Of a DNA stretch of 64,000 bases, positions 49,352 through 59,400 are shown piece after piece. A program made the translations under genes and the position numbers. Location of the stretch: assembly GCA_964230645.1 (NCBI GenBank), contig CAXRHT010000002.1:128001-192000 (forward strand), in the 5' to 3' direction. The notes beneath the pieces were generated by a model. The model was not told the origin of the DNA, did no database searches, and worked only from the letters and a program-made list of their open reading frames with translations. The DNA comes from Bdellovibrionales bacterium. Its GTDB lineage: Bacteria; Bdellovibrionota; Bdellovibrionia; Bdellovibrionales; JAGQZY01. Within the stretch, counting starts at the first letter, position 1; each line of letters opens with the position of its first letter.

Positions 49352-50596
49352 TTGTTTGATTTTTTAAAAAAACGATCTTCAGATATCACTCCTTGCAGCC
49401 GCCTATGGAATCAAATTTATATTAAATCTGGAAGTCGTTCCATCAGCAATTGTTGTTTTAGACCAGAAATAGAGGTTTCTCTGGATACCATTAACGAAAT
49501 GGGTCCTAATATTTTTAGTTTTCATCCAAAATCTGTTGCTGATAGAAAGCATTTTTTATCCAAAACCGATCTTCCTTCGGACTGCTCTACTTGTAAAATA
49601 AATTGGAATTCAAGTAAGAAGGTCATCCATAATGAATGGAGAAATCAGACCTTCTCCAAGAAGCAATTAAAAAGCTTAGAAAAAAAAGATTTGCTCAACT
49701 ATTTTGAATTTCATGTTGGTAGAACATGCAACCTCTCTTGTATTTATTGCAGTCCAACCCACAGCACAAAATGGCAAAAACTTTTAGGTCAAAAAATTGA
49801 AGACACCAGTGAATGGGATCAAGCAATCATTAAAAATTTTTATTTATATTTAGAGAATCGTTTAAAACATTCTACTCCAGAACCAATCCTCTTCAGTTTC
49901 GGTGGCGGGGAACCGTTCTTAAATGACAGCTTTTTTGAAATGATCGACAGAATAATTTTCATATACCGAAAGCACAACATGTTGGAAATCGAAAATAGAG
50001 TTCAAGTTATAAGCAATTTGAGCCTGCCAGAGAAAAAAATTGAACCTTTCATAAAAATTGCTCAGAAACATCCTAATTGGCACTGGATTGTCACTGGGAG
50101 TCTCGATGCTGTCAGCAGTGTTGGTGAGGGAATTCGACCAGGGCTTAGTGTTAAAAAGTTCCAAGATAATTTGCATCGACTGGCTTCGAGTCCTCCCGTT
50201 AAGACCTGGGTTCTTCCCTCGATAACTTCAATAAGTTTACCGGAGACTCCTGAACTACTTCGTTGGTCTCTAGATTTTATAGACGAACATAAACTTGAGG
50301 GCGAAGATTTCTCTTATTGTGCCAATTTGGTGACCACGCCACAGGAATTACACATTTCTACTCTTCCTCAACATTTTAAATCTGTTCTGGATGAATGCAT
50401 AGACACCATAAAAGGAACATCTTTAGAGAGAGATTCTTATTTTTTCGAAAGCTTGTATCCAATTATTGGGACTCGGCGATCTCCAGAAGACCTAACTCGA
50501 GTCACTAGATTCTTCAGGCATATGAGCCTAAAACAAAACAAAGACTATTTTGAACTCTTTCCTATACTCGATACAATACTGGACCCCAGACAATAA
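49352..50596 (+). CDS. Radical SAM protein with an N-terminal Cys-rich (Twitch/SPASM-like) segment
   Basis: CNLSCIYC (CxxxCxxC), FGGGEPF, N-terminal C...CC...CxxC; visibly AT-rich. Start uncertain. Confidence 0.85.
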   Translation: MFDFLKKRSSDITPCSRLWNQIYIKSGSRSISNCCFRPEIEVSLDTINEMGPNIFSFHPKSVADRKHFLSKTDLPSDCSTCKINWNSSKKVIHNEWRNQTFSKKQLKSLEKKDLLNYFEFHVGRTCNLSCIYCSPTHSTKWQKLLGQKIEDTSEWDQAIIKNFYLYLENRLKHSTPEPILFSFGGGEPFLNDSFFEMIDRIIFIYRKHNMLEIENRVQVISNLSLPEKKIEPFIKIAQKHPNWHWIVTGSLDAVSSVGEGIRPGLSVKKFQDNLHRLASSPPVKTWVLPSITSISLPETPELLRWSLDFIDEHKLEGEDFSYCANLVTTPQELHISTLPQHFKSVLDECIDTIKGTSLERDSYFFESLYPIIGTRRSPEDLTRVTRFFRHMSLKQNKDYFELFPILDTILDPRQ

Positions 50597-50673
50597 GTGG
50601 CATCTAACACCCATGAACACTTCGACTATGAAAAGTAGTAGCTATACCAATAAGGGTTTTGTCACAACGTAGT

Positions 50674-50850
50674 TCAGGACTGCATGGGCGCAAAGCTAAG
50701 AAACCACACCCCAAGAACAATCACTGAGAATATAAAAATTAGACCTAGGGGACTCATTTTGGTTTGGCTTCTTTTTGGATTCACATGGTGATTATCTTCA
50801 TCAGGAATTTGTTGAGCTTGTTCTTGTCTTGGTTTGTCTGTGCTTGGCAT
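50674..50850 (-). CDS. Small 58-aa tail-anchored membrane protein; not in the ORF track
   Basis: AAGGAGGAG SD; MPSTDKPRQEQAQQIPDEDNHHVNPKRSQTKMSPLGLIFIFSVIVLGVWFLSFAPMQS. Confidence 0.7.
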   Translation of the reverse strand: MPSTDKPRQEQAQQIPDEDNHHVNPKRSQTKMSPLGLIFIFSVIVLGVWFLSFAPMQS

Positions 50851-50928
50851 TTTTCTATCTCCTCCTTAAATGGTAGGGGAGAAATGAAACATAAAATTCA
50901 ATCTTTTACCTAAACTTTATGTACAAAA

Positions 50929-51897
50929 TTACAAACTAAAATCATCGAGAGCAAAATAGGTGAAGATCACGTCAGCACCGGCTCGTTTAATGCTTAGAAG
51001 CATCTCTCCCACCGCTTTTTTCTCATCCAGCCAGCCTTTTTCACTAGCCGCTTTGATCATGGCGTACTCACCACTCACATTGTAAGCGGCAATGGGGAGT
51101 TGGGAATGATTTTTAAGGTCTGTGATTATATCTAAGTAGGGAAGAGCTGGCTTCACCATTAAAATGTCTGCGCCCTCTTGCTCATCAAGGCTGGCCTCCA
51201 GTAAGGCTTCTTTTTTACTGGCAGGATCCATTTGATAGGTTTTCTTGTCTCCTCCTCTAGGAGCTGAGTCGAGCGCCTCTCTAAAGGGACCATAAAAAGA
51301 AGAGGCGTATTTTGCTGTGTATGAAATGATTGAGGTATTGGTAAGCCCTACTTCATCAAGACCCTGTCTAATCTTAAGAACGCGGCCGTCCATCATGTCA
51401 GACGGAGCCACCACATCGGCTCCATTCATGGCGTGTAAGCAGGCCATTTTTTCTAGTATTTCAAGGGTTTCATCATTCAGGATTTCCCCCTCTTTTACCA
51501 ACCCATCGTGACCGTCACTGGAGTAGGGATCAAGAGCCACATCAGAGATCAAAAGGAGCTCAGGGAATTGTTTTTTGACCTCTCTTAAAGCGCGGCAGAG
51601 CAGATTGTCTGGATTAAGTGACTCACTGGCCTTGGAATCCTTTAAAGAGTCCTCAATAGCTGGAAATAGGGCGATCGCTCCCACACCTTTTTTAAGAGCC
51701 TTTTCGCAAAGGGGGAGAAGCTCATCAACAGAGTGACGAAACTGTCCTGGCATGGCGCCAATTTCTTGCTTTTGTTTTTTACCATCGACAATAAAAACGG
51801 GATAAACGAAGTCTTTATGGCTCAGAGTGGTTTCTTTTCTCCAGTGTCTAAAGGTTTCGTTTTTACGGTTGCGCCGAGGTCTTTTTAATAAATTCAC
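50929..51897 (-). CDS. hemB: Porphobilinogen synthase
   Basis: RPRRNR, DVALDPYSSDGHDG, APSDMMDGR, FYGPFR, MVKPALPYLD, YNVSGEY. Confidence 0.96.
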   Translation of the reverse strand: MNLLKRPRRNRKNETFRHWRKETTLSHKDFVYPVFIVDGKKQKQEIGAMPGQFRHSVDELLPLCEKALKKGVGAIALFPAIEDSLKDSKASESLNPDNLLCRALREVKKQFPELLLISDVALDPYSSDGHDGLVKEGEILNDETLEILEKMACLHAMNGADVVAPSDMMDGRVLKIRQGLDEVGLTNTSIISYTAKYASSFYGPFREALDSAPRGGDKKTYQMDPASKKEALLEASLDEQEGADILMVKPALPYLDIITDLKNHSQLPIAAYNVSGEYAMIKAASEKGWLDEKKAVGEMLLSIKRAGADVIFTYFALDDFSL

Positions 51898-51900
51898 TTT

Positions 51901-52236
51901 TCAAGAGTCCTTTTCTGCAGGAGGAATTTTTTCCACCAATCCATGTTTTAATCGGCATTCTTTCAAATGTTTTTTACCCACATGACCAGCCGCTAAAACA
52001 GCTGAGAGCATCATCGATAAGTCATCGGCATAGCCTCCTGGCAGAAAGTCGGGGAGTGCGTCAACTGGAGTGAGCAAATAGACCAGAGCTCCGAGAATGA
52101 CACTCTTATGGCGCCAGGAAACCTCAGGATCGTTGAGTGTTAAATAGGCGGCCTCAGCCATTGCCAGGACCTCTTTCCCAGCCCTTTGGGCATATTTTTT
52201 AATAATAGACCAGCGAAGGGATTCTTTTACACTCAT
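51901..52236 (-). CDS. DUF1232/YkvA-family membrane protein
   Basis: GALVYLLTPVDALPDFLPGGYADD. Start uncertain (52236 or 52275). Confidence 0.8.
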   Translation of the reverse strand: MSVKESLRWSIIKKYAQRAGKEVLAMAEAAYLTLNDPEVSWRHKSVILGALVYLLTPVDALPDFLPGGYADDLSMMLSAVLAAGHVGKKHLKECRLKHGLVEKIPPAEKDS

Positions 52237-52308
52237 TCGAGGTTCAAAAGTAGAGGAGAGCTTTGCTTGACTCAAGTATAAAGAGTAAACTATTCATAAG
52301 GACGCACC

Positions 52309-53601
52309 ATGACAAGCACCACTATTCTGACTGTCTTACTTGTTTTCAGTTTCCTCATCGGTCGATTTCTTCGACGCTTTGAAACGCCCCACTTTGTCTT
52401 CTCAGGTGTGATTTATCTTATCATAGGTTTACTAGCCGGTTCTTATATGGGCCTTGGCTTACTTTCCGAACATCTGCTTTATCGCATGGACCCCCTCATT
52501 GATTTGCTCACAGGTTTTGCGGGTTTTCTTTTAGGGCTTCGAGTGAAGTTTCTTTTGCAAAACACTAAAACTTTTTCCAGTGGTGTGATCAACGGTCTTT
52601 TGGTTTTTGTAGCTATGTCCTTCACCCTTTACTTTCTCTCACCCTTGGCTGTGCAGTTTGAAAACATCGGCCTTGATATTGGTGATATGAATTTTTTCTC
52701 AGAAGAGCAGGCCGATCGCTTCTGGCTTTTTGGTTTTATCCAAGAGATCAATCGTCGTCAGTTTTGGTTCGCTCTGGGAGCCAGTGCCACCGCATGCTCA
52801 GCTTCACTTCTATCTTTAGGGATGATCTCTAAATTTAATAAATCACGCTCTGAAATCACTCGTGTGTTAAGTATTCTTGCACCCACCGGACAGGTCATTG
52901 CAGTCACTCTTCTAGGAATTGTTCTCGCTATGGCCAGTGGTGACACCACTGCCACCTCACTTCATATTTCAGTCACCGAATGGCTTCTTGCAACGATCAC
53001 CTCAGGGCTTTTGTGTGGAATCCTTTTCTCCCTTTTTATCGGCAAACAGTCTGATGAAAAGCGTATTATGCTCGCCGCCCTCGGCGCGATTATTTTTGCC
53101 GCAGGTCTTGGAACCCTATTAAGTGTTTCCTCAATGTTTGTTTGCTTTCTAACGGGCCTTACAATCAGTTTATTTTCCACCTATTCCGATGTGTTAAAGG
53201 AGAACCTGGTAAGAATCGAGGAGCCCATTTTCGTCCTTCTGCTTATTTTTGGAGGAGCCACTTGGCAGCCTGAAATCAACCGCTCTTGGCTTCTGCCAGC
53301 GGCTTATTTCGTTGTGCGCGCTATATTTCTTTCTGGACTTACCCATAGAATCCACCGCGTGCTCGGGCGACGAAAACTCTCTCGTCTTGGACAGGGACTA
53401 CTCGGACAAGACTTGATTGCTGTGGCCATAGCTTTAAGCTTAACCAAAGAATTTCCAGAGCTCGCCCAATTGTTTTTGACCACTATTTTGGGAAGTATCT
53501 TTTTAAACGACGCTGTGGCCAACTCACTGCTTAAAAAAGTAATATTGGATAATGAACAGGTCATAGAAGTAAAACCCATAGAAAAAGAAGGTGCATCGTG
53601 A
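52309..53601 (+). CDS. Cation:proton antiporter-like membrane protein
   Basis: About 12 TM segments; first gene of the Trk operon. Confidence 0.65.
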   Translation: MTSTTILTVLLVFSFLIGRFLRRFETPHFVFSGVIYLIIGLLAGSYMGLGLLSEHLLYRMDPLIDLLTGFAGFLLGLRVKFLLQNTKTFSSGVINGLLVFVAMSFTLYFLSPLAVQFENIGLDIGDMNFFSEEQADRFWLFGFIQEINRRQFWFALGASATACSASLLSLGMISKFNKSRSEITRVLSILAPTGQVIAVTLLGIVLAMASGDTTATSLHISVTEWLLATITSGLLCGILFSLFIGKQSDEKRIMLAALGAIIFAAGLGTLLSVSSMFVCFLTGLTISLFSTYSDVLKENLVRIEEPIFVLLLIFGGATWQPEINRSWLLPAAYFVVRAIFLSGLTHRIHRVLGRRKLSRLGQGLLGQDLIAVAIALSLTKEFPELAQLFLTTILGSIFLNDAVANSLLKKVILDNEQVIEVKPIEKEGAS

Positions 53602-54935
53602 AAATTGTGATTGTAGGAGCCGGCGATGTGGGAAGTTTCTTGGCCAAAGAGCTCTCCCAACGCTCTGAGGACGTAATTATCGTCGACACCAATGAACGCG
53701 CTCTGGAGAGAGTCGAAGAAAAAACAGATGTCATGACCTTTCGAGGCAATGGAACCTTTCGTAAAACTCTTAACGAAGTCGGCGTGGGTTCAGCGGATCT
53801 TGTCGTAGGTGTTACAAGCCACGATGACACCAATCTTGTTATCACCTCACTTGCCAATTCTCTAGGGGCAAAAAGAACGGTGGCTCGAGTCGACGCTCCA
53901 GAATTTTTTATGACCACAGGAGGAATCGAGAGGGGAGTGCTGGGTAGTTTTGCTATTGTGTGTGCCGCTCGTCTTGTGAGTGCCGAGCTTTTAAGACTTG
54001 TCAGGCAAACCGACCTTCCCTTTGTTGAGAACTTCTCATCAAATTCCATTTCCGTAGCCATGGTTGAAGTGACGGAAAACTGTCGTTACATAGAAAAATC
54101 AGGCTCTGATGTGGACCTTGGAAAAAGTGCTAAAGTCATTGGTGTGTTTCGTGACGGGGAGCTTCGGCGCTGTGCAGATCTTGCCCACCTTTATAATGGC
54201 GATAAAATTCTCTTTGCCTCAAAACTCGATAAACTACCCATTGCCATGAGACGCTTGGTGCAAATTCCCGGAAAAAAAGCGGTGATCATTGGCGGAGGGG
54301 ATGTGGGCTACCAATTGGCTAAATCCTTACAAGAGGTTGAAAACAGGCTCACCCTTATTGATGTGGATCGAAGGCGCTGTGAGTTCTTGGCTGATAAACT
54401 GGATCACGCCACCATCGTTCACGGCGATGGTACAAGCCTTCCCCTTCTTCAGGATGAGCACGTAGAAATGGCCGACTACACCTTGGCTGTAACTAAAGCC
54501 GATGAAGTGAATTTGATGTCCTCGTTGGTGAGCCAGGAGATCGGAGTGAAAAACTCCTACACCCTTGTGCATAGGCCGGGATACGCCCATGTGTACGAAC
54601 ATTTAGGGGTTAAGGGAACGGCCAGTGCGCACGAGTTGATCTCAAAAGCCGTAAACAAATACTTTCCCAATCAAACTTTGCTCACCGATGCGCCCATTCC
54701 AGACACTGAGTATTTAGTTGGAGAGTTTCAGTTGCCCCAGGAAATCAAAAATTCGACTCTTAAAATAAGAGATCTCTCCATTCCACCAGGGTGTTACTTG
54801 GTGGGGATTTCTCGCAAAGAGGAATTTGCTTTTAGCGACGGGGACTCTGAAATTTATCCCGGTGACATTGTCATCATTGTGTTGAAAAGAAGTGAACTCA
54901 AGGGACTTGAGAATATGTTCCGTAAACTAAAGTAG
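53598..54935 (+). CDS. trkA: Trk K+ uptake regulatory subunit (two RCK_N/RCK_C pairs)
   Basis: IVGAGDVG and IIGGGDVG; DDTNL and DEVNL. Confidence 0.9.
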   Translation: MKIVIVGAGDVGSFLAKELSQRSEDVIIVDTNERALERVEEKTDVMTFRGNGTFRKTLNEVGVGSADLVVGVTSHDDTNLVITSLANSLGAKRTVARVDAPEFFMTTGGIERGVLGSFAIVCAARLVSAELLRLVRQTDLPFVENFSSNSISVAMVEVTENCRYIEKSGSDVDLGKSAKVIGVFRDGELRRCADLAHLYNGDKILFASKLDKLPIAMRRLVQIPGKKAVIIGGGDVGYQLAKSLQEVENRLTLIDVDRRRCEFLADKLDHATIVHGDGTSLPLLQDEHVEMADYTLAVTKADEVNLMSSLVSQEIGVKNSYTLVHRPGYAHVYEHLGVKGTASAHELISKAVNKYFPNQTLLTDAPIPDTEYLVGEFQLPQEIKNSTLKIRDLSIPPGCYLVGISRKEEFAFSDGDSEIYPGDIVIIVLKRSELKGLENMFRKLK

Positions 54936-54941
54936 GTCTTA

Positions 54942-56402
54942 TTGCATAAAACGATCGTCGCCTACTATGTGGGGCAGCTTTTTATTGTACTTGCCTTTTT
55001 TATGATGGCACCCCTGGCTTTGGCCTATGTGGATAGCTCTCAAAAATCGCTACTGGCCTATTCTATCTCCAGCGGCCTTTCGATGGGCATTGGACTTTTT
55101 CTTCGATACGCCTGTCATCGCATGAAAGTAGACATTCGCATGGTCTCTCGCAAAGAAGCTTTTGGAATTGTGGCCATTGGATGGGTGGGCTCCGGTTTTA
55201 TCGCGGGCCTTCCTTTCTATCTAGAAGGAAGTATTCTTTCGATCAGCTCCTCAACCTTTGAGGCCATTTCGGGTTTAACCACTACAGGTGCGACTGTAAT
55301 CAGTGAGATAAACACTCTCTCTCGAGCCACTCATTTGTGGCGCGTTCTTTTGCATTGGATTGGCGGCATGGGGATTGTCGTTTTATTTGTGGCGATCTTT
55401 CCCCAGTTAGGACTTGGAGGAAAGCATCTTTTTAAAACAGAGGTAGCCGGACCCATTACCGAAGGTTTAAAACCTCGCATTAAACAAACCGCTTTGAGAC
55501 TTTGGTATGTTTATATGCTCTTCACTGCCACCTGTACGGGTCTTTTGTTTTTATCAGGCTTAAGCCTTTTTGATGCGATCTGCCACGCTTTCTCAACCCT
55601 GTCGACAGGAGGATTTTCTACTAAGGCTGCAAGCCTTGGAGCTTTTGATAATCCATTTGCGGAATGGGTAGTGATCTTCTTTATGCTCGCTGGAGGGATC
55701 AACTTTGGCCTGTACTACGGCCTTTTTCGTGGCCAGTTTAATAGACTTTTTACAAGTGCTGAGGTTCGATTTTTTGTGGCTCTTAATCTCGTCGTCGCGG
55801 TCATTATCTTTTTTGCGACCACTAGTCTTAACAGTGGCAACTGGCACGAAGAATTTCGAGACGCCCTTTTCCAAACTGTCGCTGTGACAACCACCACAGG
55901 GCTTATGACGGCTGACTTTGATATCTATCCCTTAGTGAGCAAATACCTTCTCTTTATATGTATGTTCATTGGCGGCTGTGCGGGCTCAACGGCGGGCGGG
56001 CTTAAAGTTTCAAGGGTTCTCATTGTGTTTAAACGCTGTATCCAGGAGTTAAGACTCACTCTGCATCCCCAAGAGGTCGTTAGCACCAAGCTTGGCAAGC
56101 AAACCGTTTCAAGACGAGTTCTCTCCTCTGTTTTTATTTTCTTTTGTTCTTATTTTCTTCTCTACGCCTTTGGAGTTTTTCTCATGTTCGTTCTCGGTAT
56201 GGACTGGGTGGGGGCTGCCTCCAGTGTGGTGGCATGTCTTTCCAGTGTGGGTCCAGGTTTTGGCTCAGTGGGTCCGACTCAGAATTATGAGTTCATCCAT
56301 CCTCTTGGAAAGTTTATCCTGTGTTTTTATATGATCGCCGGACGTTTGGAGATCTTTGTTTTACTGACTCTGTTCACCCCCTCGTTCTGGAGAAAAGGAT
56401 AG
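54942..56402 (+). CDS. trkH: Trk K+ uptake membrane subunit
   Basis: SGLTTTGAT, LSTGGFS, TTTGL, GGCAGSTAGG, VGPG, GRLEI. Confidence 0.93.
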   Translation: MHKTIVAYYVGQLFIVLAFFMMAPLALAYVDSSQKSLLAYSISSGLSMGIGLFLRYACHRMKVDIRMVSRKEAFGIVAIGWVGSGFIAGLPFYLEGSILSISSSTFEAISGLTTTGATVISEINTLSRATHLWRVLLHWIGGMGIVVLFVAIFPQLGLGGKHLFKTEVAGPITEGLKPRIKQTALRLWYVYMLFTATCTGLLFLSGLSLFDAICHAFSTLSTGGFSTKAASLGAFDNPFAEWVVIFFMLAGGINFGLYYGLFRGQFNRLFTSAEVRFFVALNLVVAVIIFFATTSLNSGNWHEEFRDALFQTVAVTTTTGLMTADFDIYPLVSKYLLFICMFIGGCAGSTAGGLKVSRVLIVFKRCIQELRLTLHPQEVVSTKLGKQTVSRRVLSSVFIFFCSYFLLYAFGVFLMFVLGMDWVGAASSVVACLSSVGPGFGSVGPTQNYEFIHPLGKFILCFYMIAGRLEIFVLLTLFTPSFWRKG

Positions 56403-59400
56403 ATGAGAAAGATATTTATACTCTTTATTCTCTTTTCAATCTGCATTGCCCTAAAGCAATTTGGGATTCTGAGTGATTCGCATAGCTCCGTTCTCCTAGC
56501 CATTGGCTTAGTGATTCTCTCAGCTTACACTCTTTCCGAGGTAGGCTCTTCTTTAAAACTGCCTCGTGTGACCGGTTATATTTTAACGGGATTGCTGCTC
56601 GGGCCCTATGCTCTAAAAATTCTTTCAACCAATGTGGTCAAAGAAATTGAGATGTTCAATACTCTTGCTATTGGACTTATTGCGATCACAGCAGGTCTTG
56701 AGCTTCACTTTAGTTCCCTTAAAAAAGTCATAGCCCCGATACTATCGACCACGGCCCTTAAGGTGATCCTTCTGGGCGTTACTTTTGTTGGCGGCACCTA
56801 TATTGCGAATCAATATGTCTATGATTTCAACCTTGGAATGGGGCTTCCCCTTATTTCTCTGGCTCTCATATTCGCGGCTCTTTCTGTAGGAACTTCTCCC
56901 GCAATTTCCATCGCTGTCATCTCAGAAATGAAGGCCAAGAGTCGTATGAGCCAAATGGTCATCGGTTCAGCCATCGTAAAAGATGTTGTGATGGTCATCA
57001 CTCTTGCTGTCGCTCTTTCCTTTGCCAAATCGGTTGCAAGTGGTGGTGGCGATATGGCCGGAAGCTTTATCCATCTTATGGAAGAGTTGGGACTGTCACT
57101 GGTAGCAGGGGTCATTTTAGGGACGATATTTCTTCTCTATATCCGCTTTATTAGACAAGAAATGTTTTTATTTATCGCTGCCATGATCCTGGGAACCGCC
57201 GAGATCAGTGAAGCTATTCATCTTGAATTACTGTTAGTTTTTATTGTGGCTGGTATTTTAGTCCGAAACTTTTCAAAAGACTCCCACTTTCTCCATGAAT
57301 CTTTAGAGAAGGTATCATTACCAGTCTTTGTGGTCTTTTTCACCAACGTTGGTGCAGGCCTTAATTTAGAAACAACCTGGCAATTTCTCCCAGTAGCAGG
57401 CATTTATTTTGGTGCAAGAGCCATCTCCTTTCTTCTAGGCTCGTGGACGGCTGGTAGTTTACACGGGGAGAGCTCAGGGATTAAGAAAAAAATCTGGCTC
57501 GGCTATCTACCACAAGCCGGAGTCACACTGGGACTCATCCAAATTGCAAGCCGAGACTTCCCTGAACAGGGCGAGCTTATCACCAATATCGGAATTGGGT
57601 TAGTCACAATAAATCTTCTCATTGGACCTATTTTTCTCCGAATGGTTTTAAAAGGGGAAGAACCCAAACAAGAAGAGTCTCCAGAGGAGGACAGTATGTC
57701 CGTAGAGCCAACCAAAGAGGTGAATGAAGACAATGTCGAGTCTGAAGCACCGAAAGCTTATGAAGAAGAGTTTCAACTAATGCTTCACTCGAAAACAGAA
57801 GTTTTCGAAGATGAATTTTTGGAAAAACATTTTCATGAGTTGGCGGGCAAATACTTTGAGATTTTTCGTAAACATCAAATTCTCCCACAAAAAAACATTC
57901 TAAAAACTTTTGTGAATGACCTGGATCAGATGAGTAACCTCAGTGAGAGGGAAATTGTCGCAAAAATTGACGATCATTTCCGTCGTATGGGAGCTAAGGG
58001 ACGAGATATCTACAATGCCATGAGCGAGTTGCAAAAAGAAATCGACTCGGTTCTGGTCTTAAAAAGTCGACCCATGCCTAAATCAGCCATCTATATACAA
58101 AAAGGCGATGGTTATTGGGTACGACTAAAAAAGATTTTTTCCCGTCCTCTTTATTGGTTCAACAAGAATCCCGAAAGAGATATTCCGCTAAGAAAACTGA
58201 CAAAATACAATCTTGAGCCACTGATTGGCTCCTTCACGGTGCAATTGATCAATTCCTGGTATCACCTTCTTGGAAAACATATCGAGATTTTTCAGCGCTC
58301 CCTTGAAACTCAAAACTTTGAAAATCATGAGATCGTAGCTAAAATTAAAAAAGAAAACGAGTTTTGGTTGAGAGCCATTCAATCCGACTTCAATAAGGAG
58401 TTTGGAAGACAAGCGACAAGCTGGGCCTCTCAGCTCGCCAAAGTGAACACCGCCTATATGTCTGACGGGCAGATCCGCTACTCACAAGTAGAGCCAAAAA
58501 TTACCGAAATGTTCGATCAGGCTAAAAACGACTCGCTAGCTTGGGAAGAAAAATTTGTTTACTGCCGAAATCGACTCAAAGTGATCGTACAATCAGCACT
58601 CCTTTCTCAAGCAGTTGAAAAACTCCTTGAAGAAAAGTTTTTCCAACCAGTGGAGGTGGCTCAAGACAACGCCGACACTCTTGTTTCAGAAGTTTTTGAC
58701 TACTTTAAAACCATTGAGAAAAAGATCAATGAAACCGAACAAGGAGACGAAGAGGCTTTTAAAAAGCTTTTGGATGAGACTCAAGCCTTTGCAAAAGAAA
58801 ATATCCAAGCCGATTTAAAATCAAAATACGTTAGAGGAAGCTTTCGTCTTCTCAATCGCGATATCTCTATTAATTTAAAGAAAAGTCTTCCCAAAGAAGA
58901 AGGGACTTTCCAAATTGCCTCCGAGAACACTTCACCGCATCAAGTGCAGAGCCCCTCTGAGATTGTGGTTAAAAAAATCAACCTGCATGAACTCTTTGAG
59001 CAAAGTATTTTAATAAACTTTCTTCCAGTCATTGAAGAGCGTATAGAAGGAGTGTCTAATTATCTTGAATCTCTTTTAATGGAAATGGAGCAGGCTTTTT
59101 CGATCATCACTTATAGTCTAGAGTCTCAGATCGGGGGAGAGGATTCCGAAGTCGACCCTGATGAGATGACTGAAAGTTTGCAGTCCTCTATTAGTGCCGA
59201 AAAAGAAAAGATTCAGGAGCTTTACGACGGCCTAATCGAATACATTCGCTCTTCGAATGAGTCGACAGAGAAACTCCTAGAAGAGTGCCAAATGGAAGTT
59301 CGCCAAGGAATCGAACGCTTTTCAGTGGTGCACACGGCTAAAAATCAGTTTCGCCAGAGAATTCAGTCCACTGTACAGAGCATTCGGGATCGTAAAGAAG

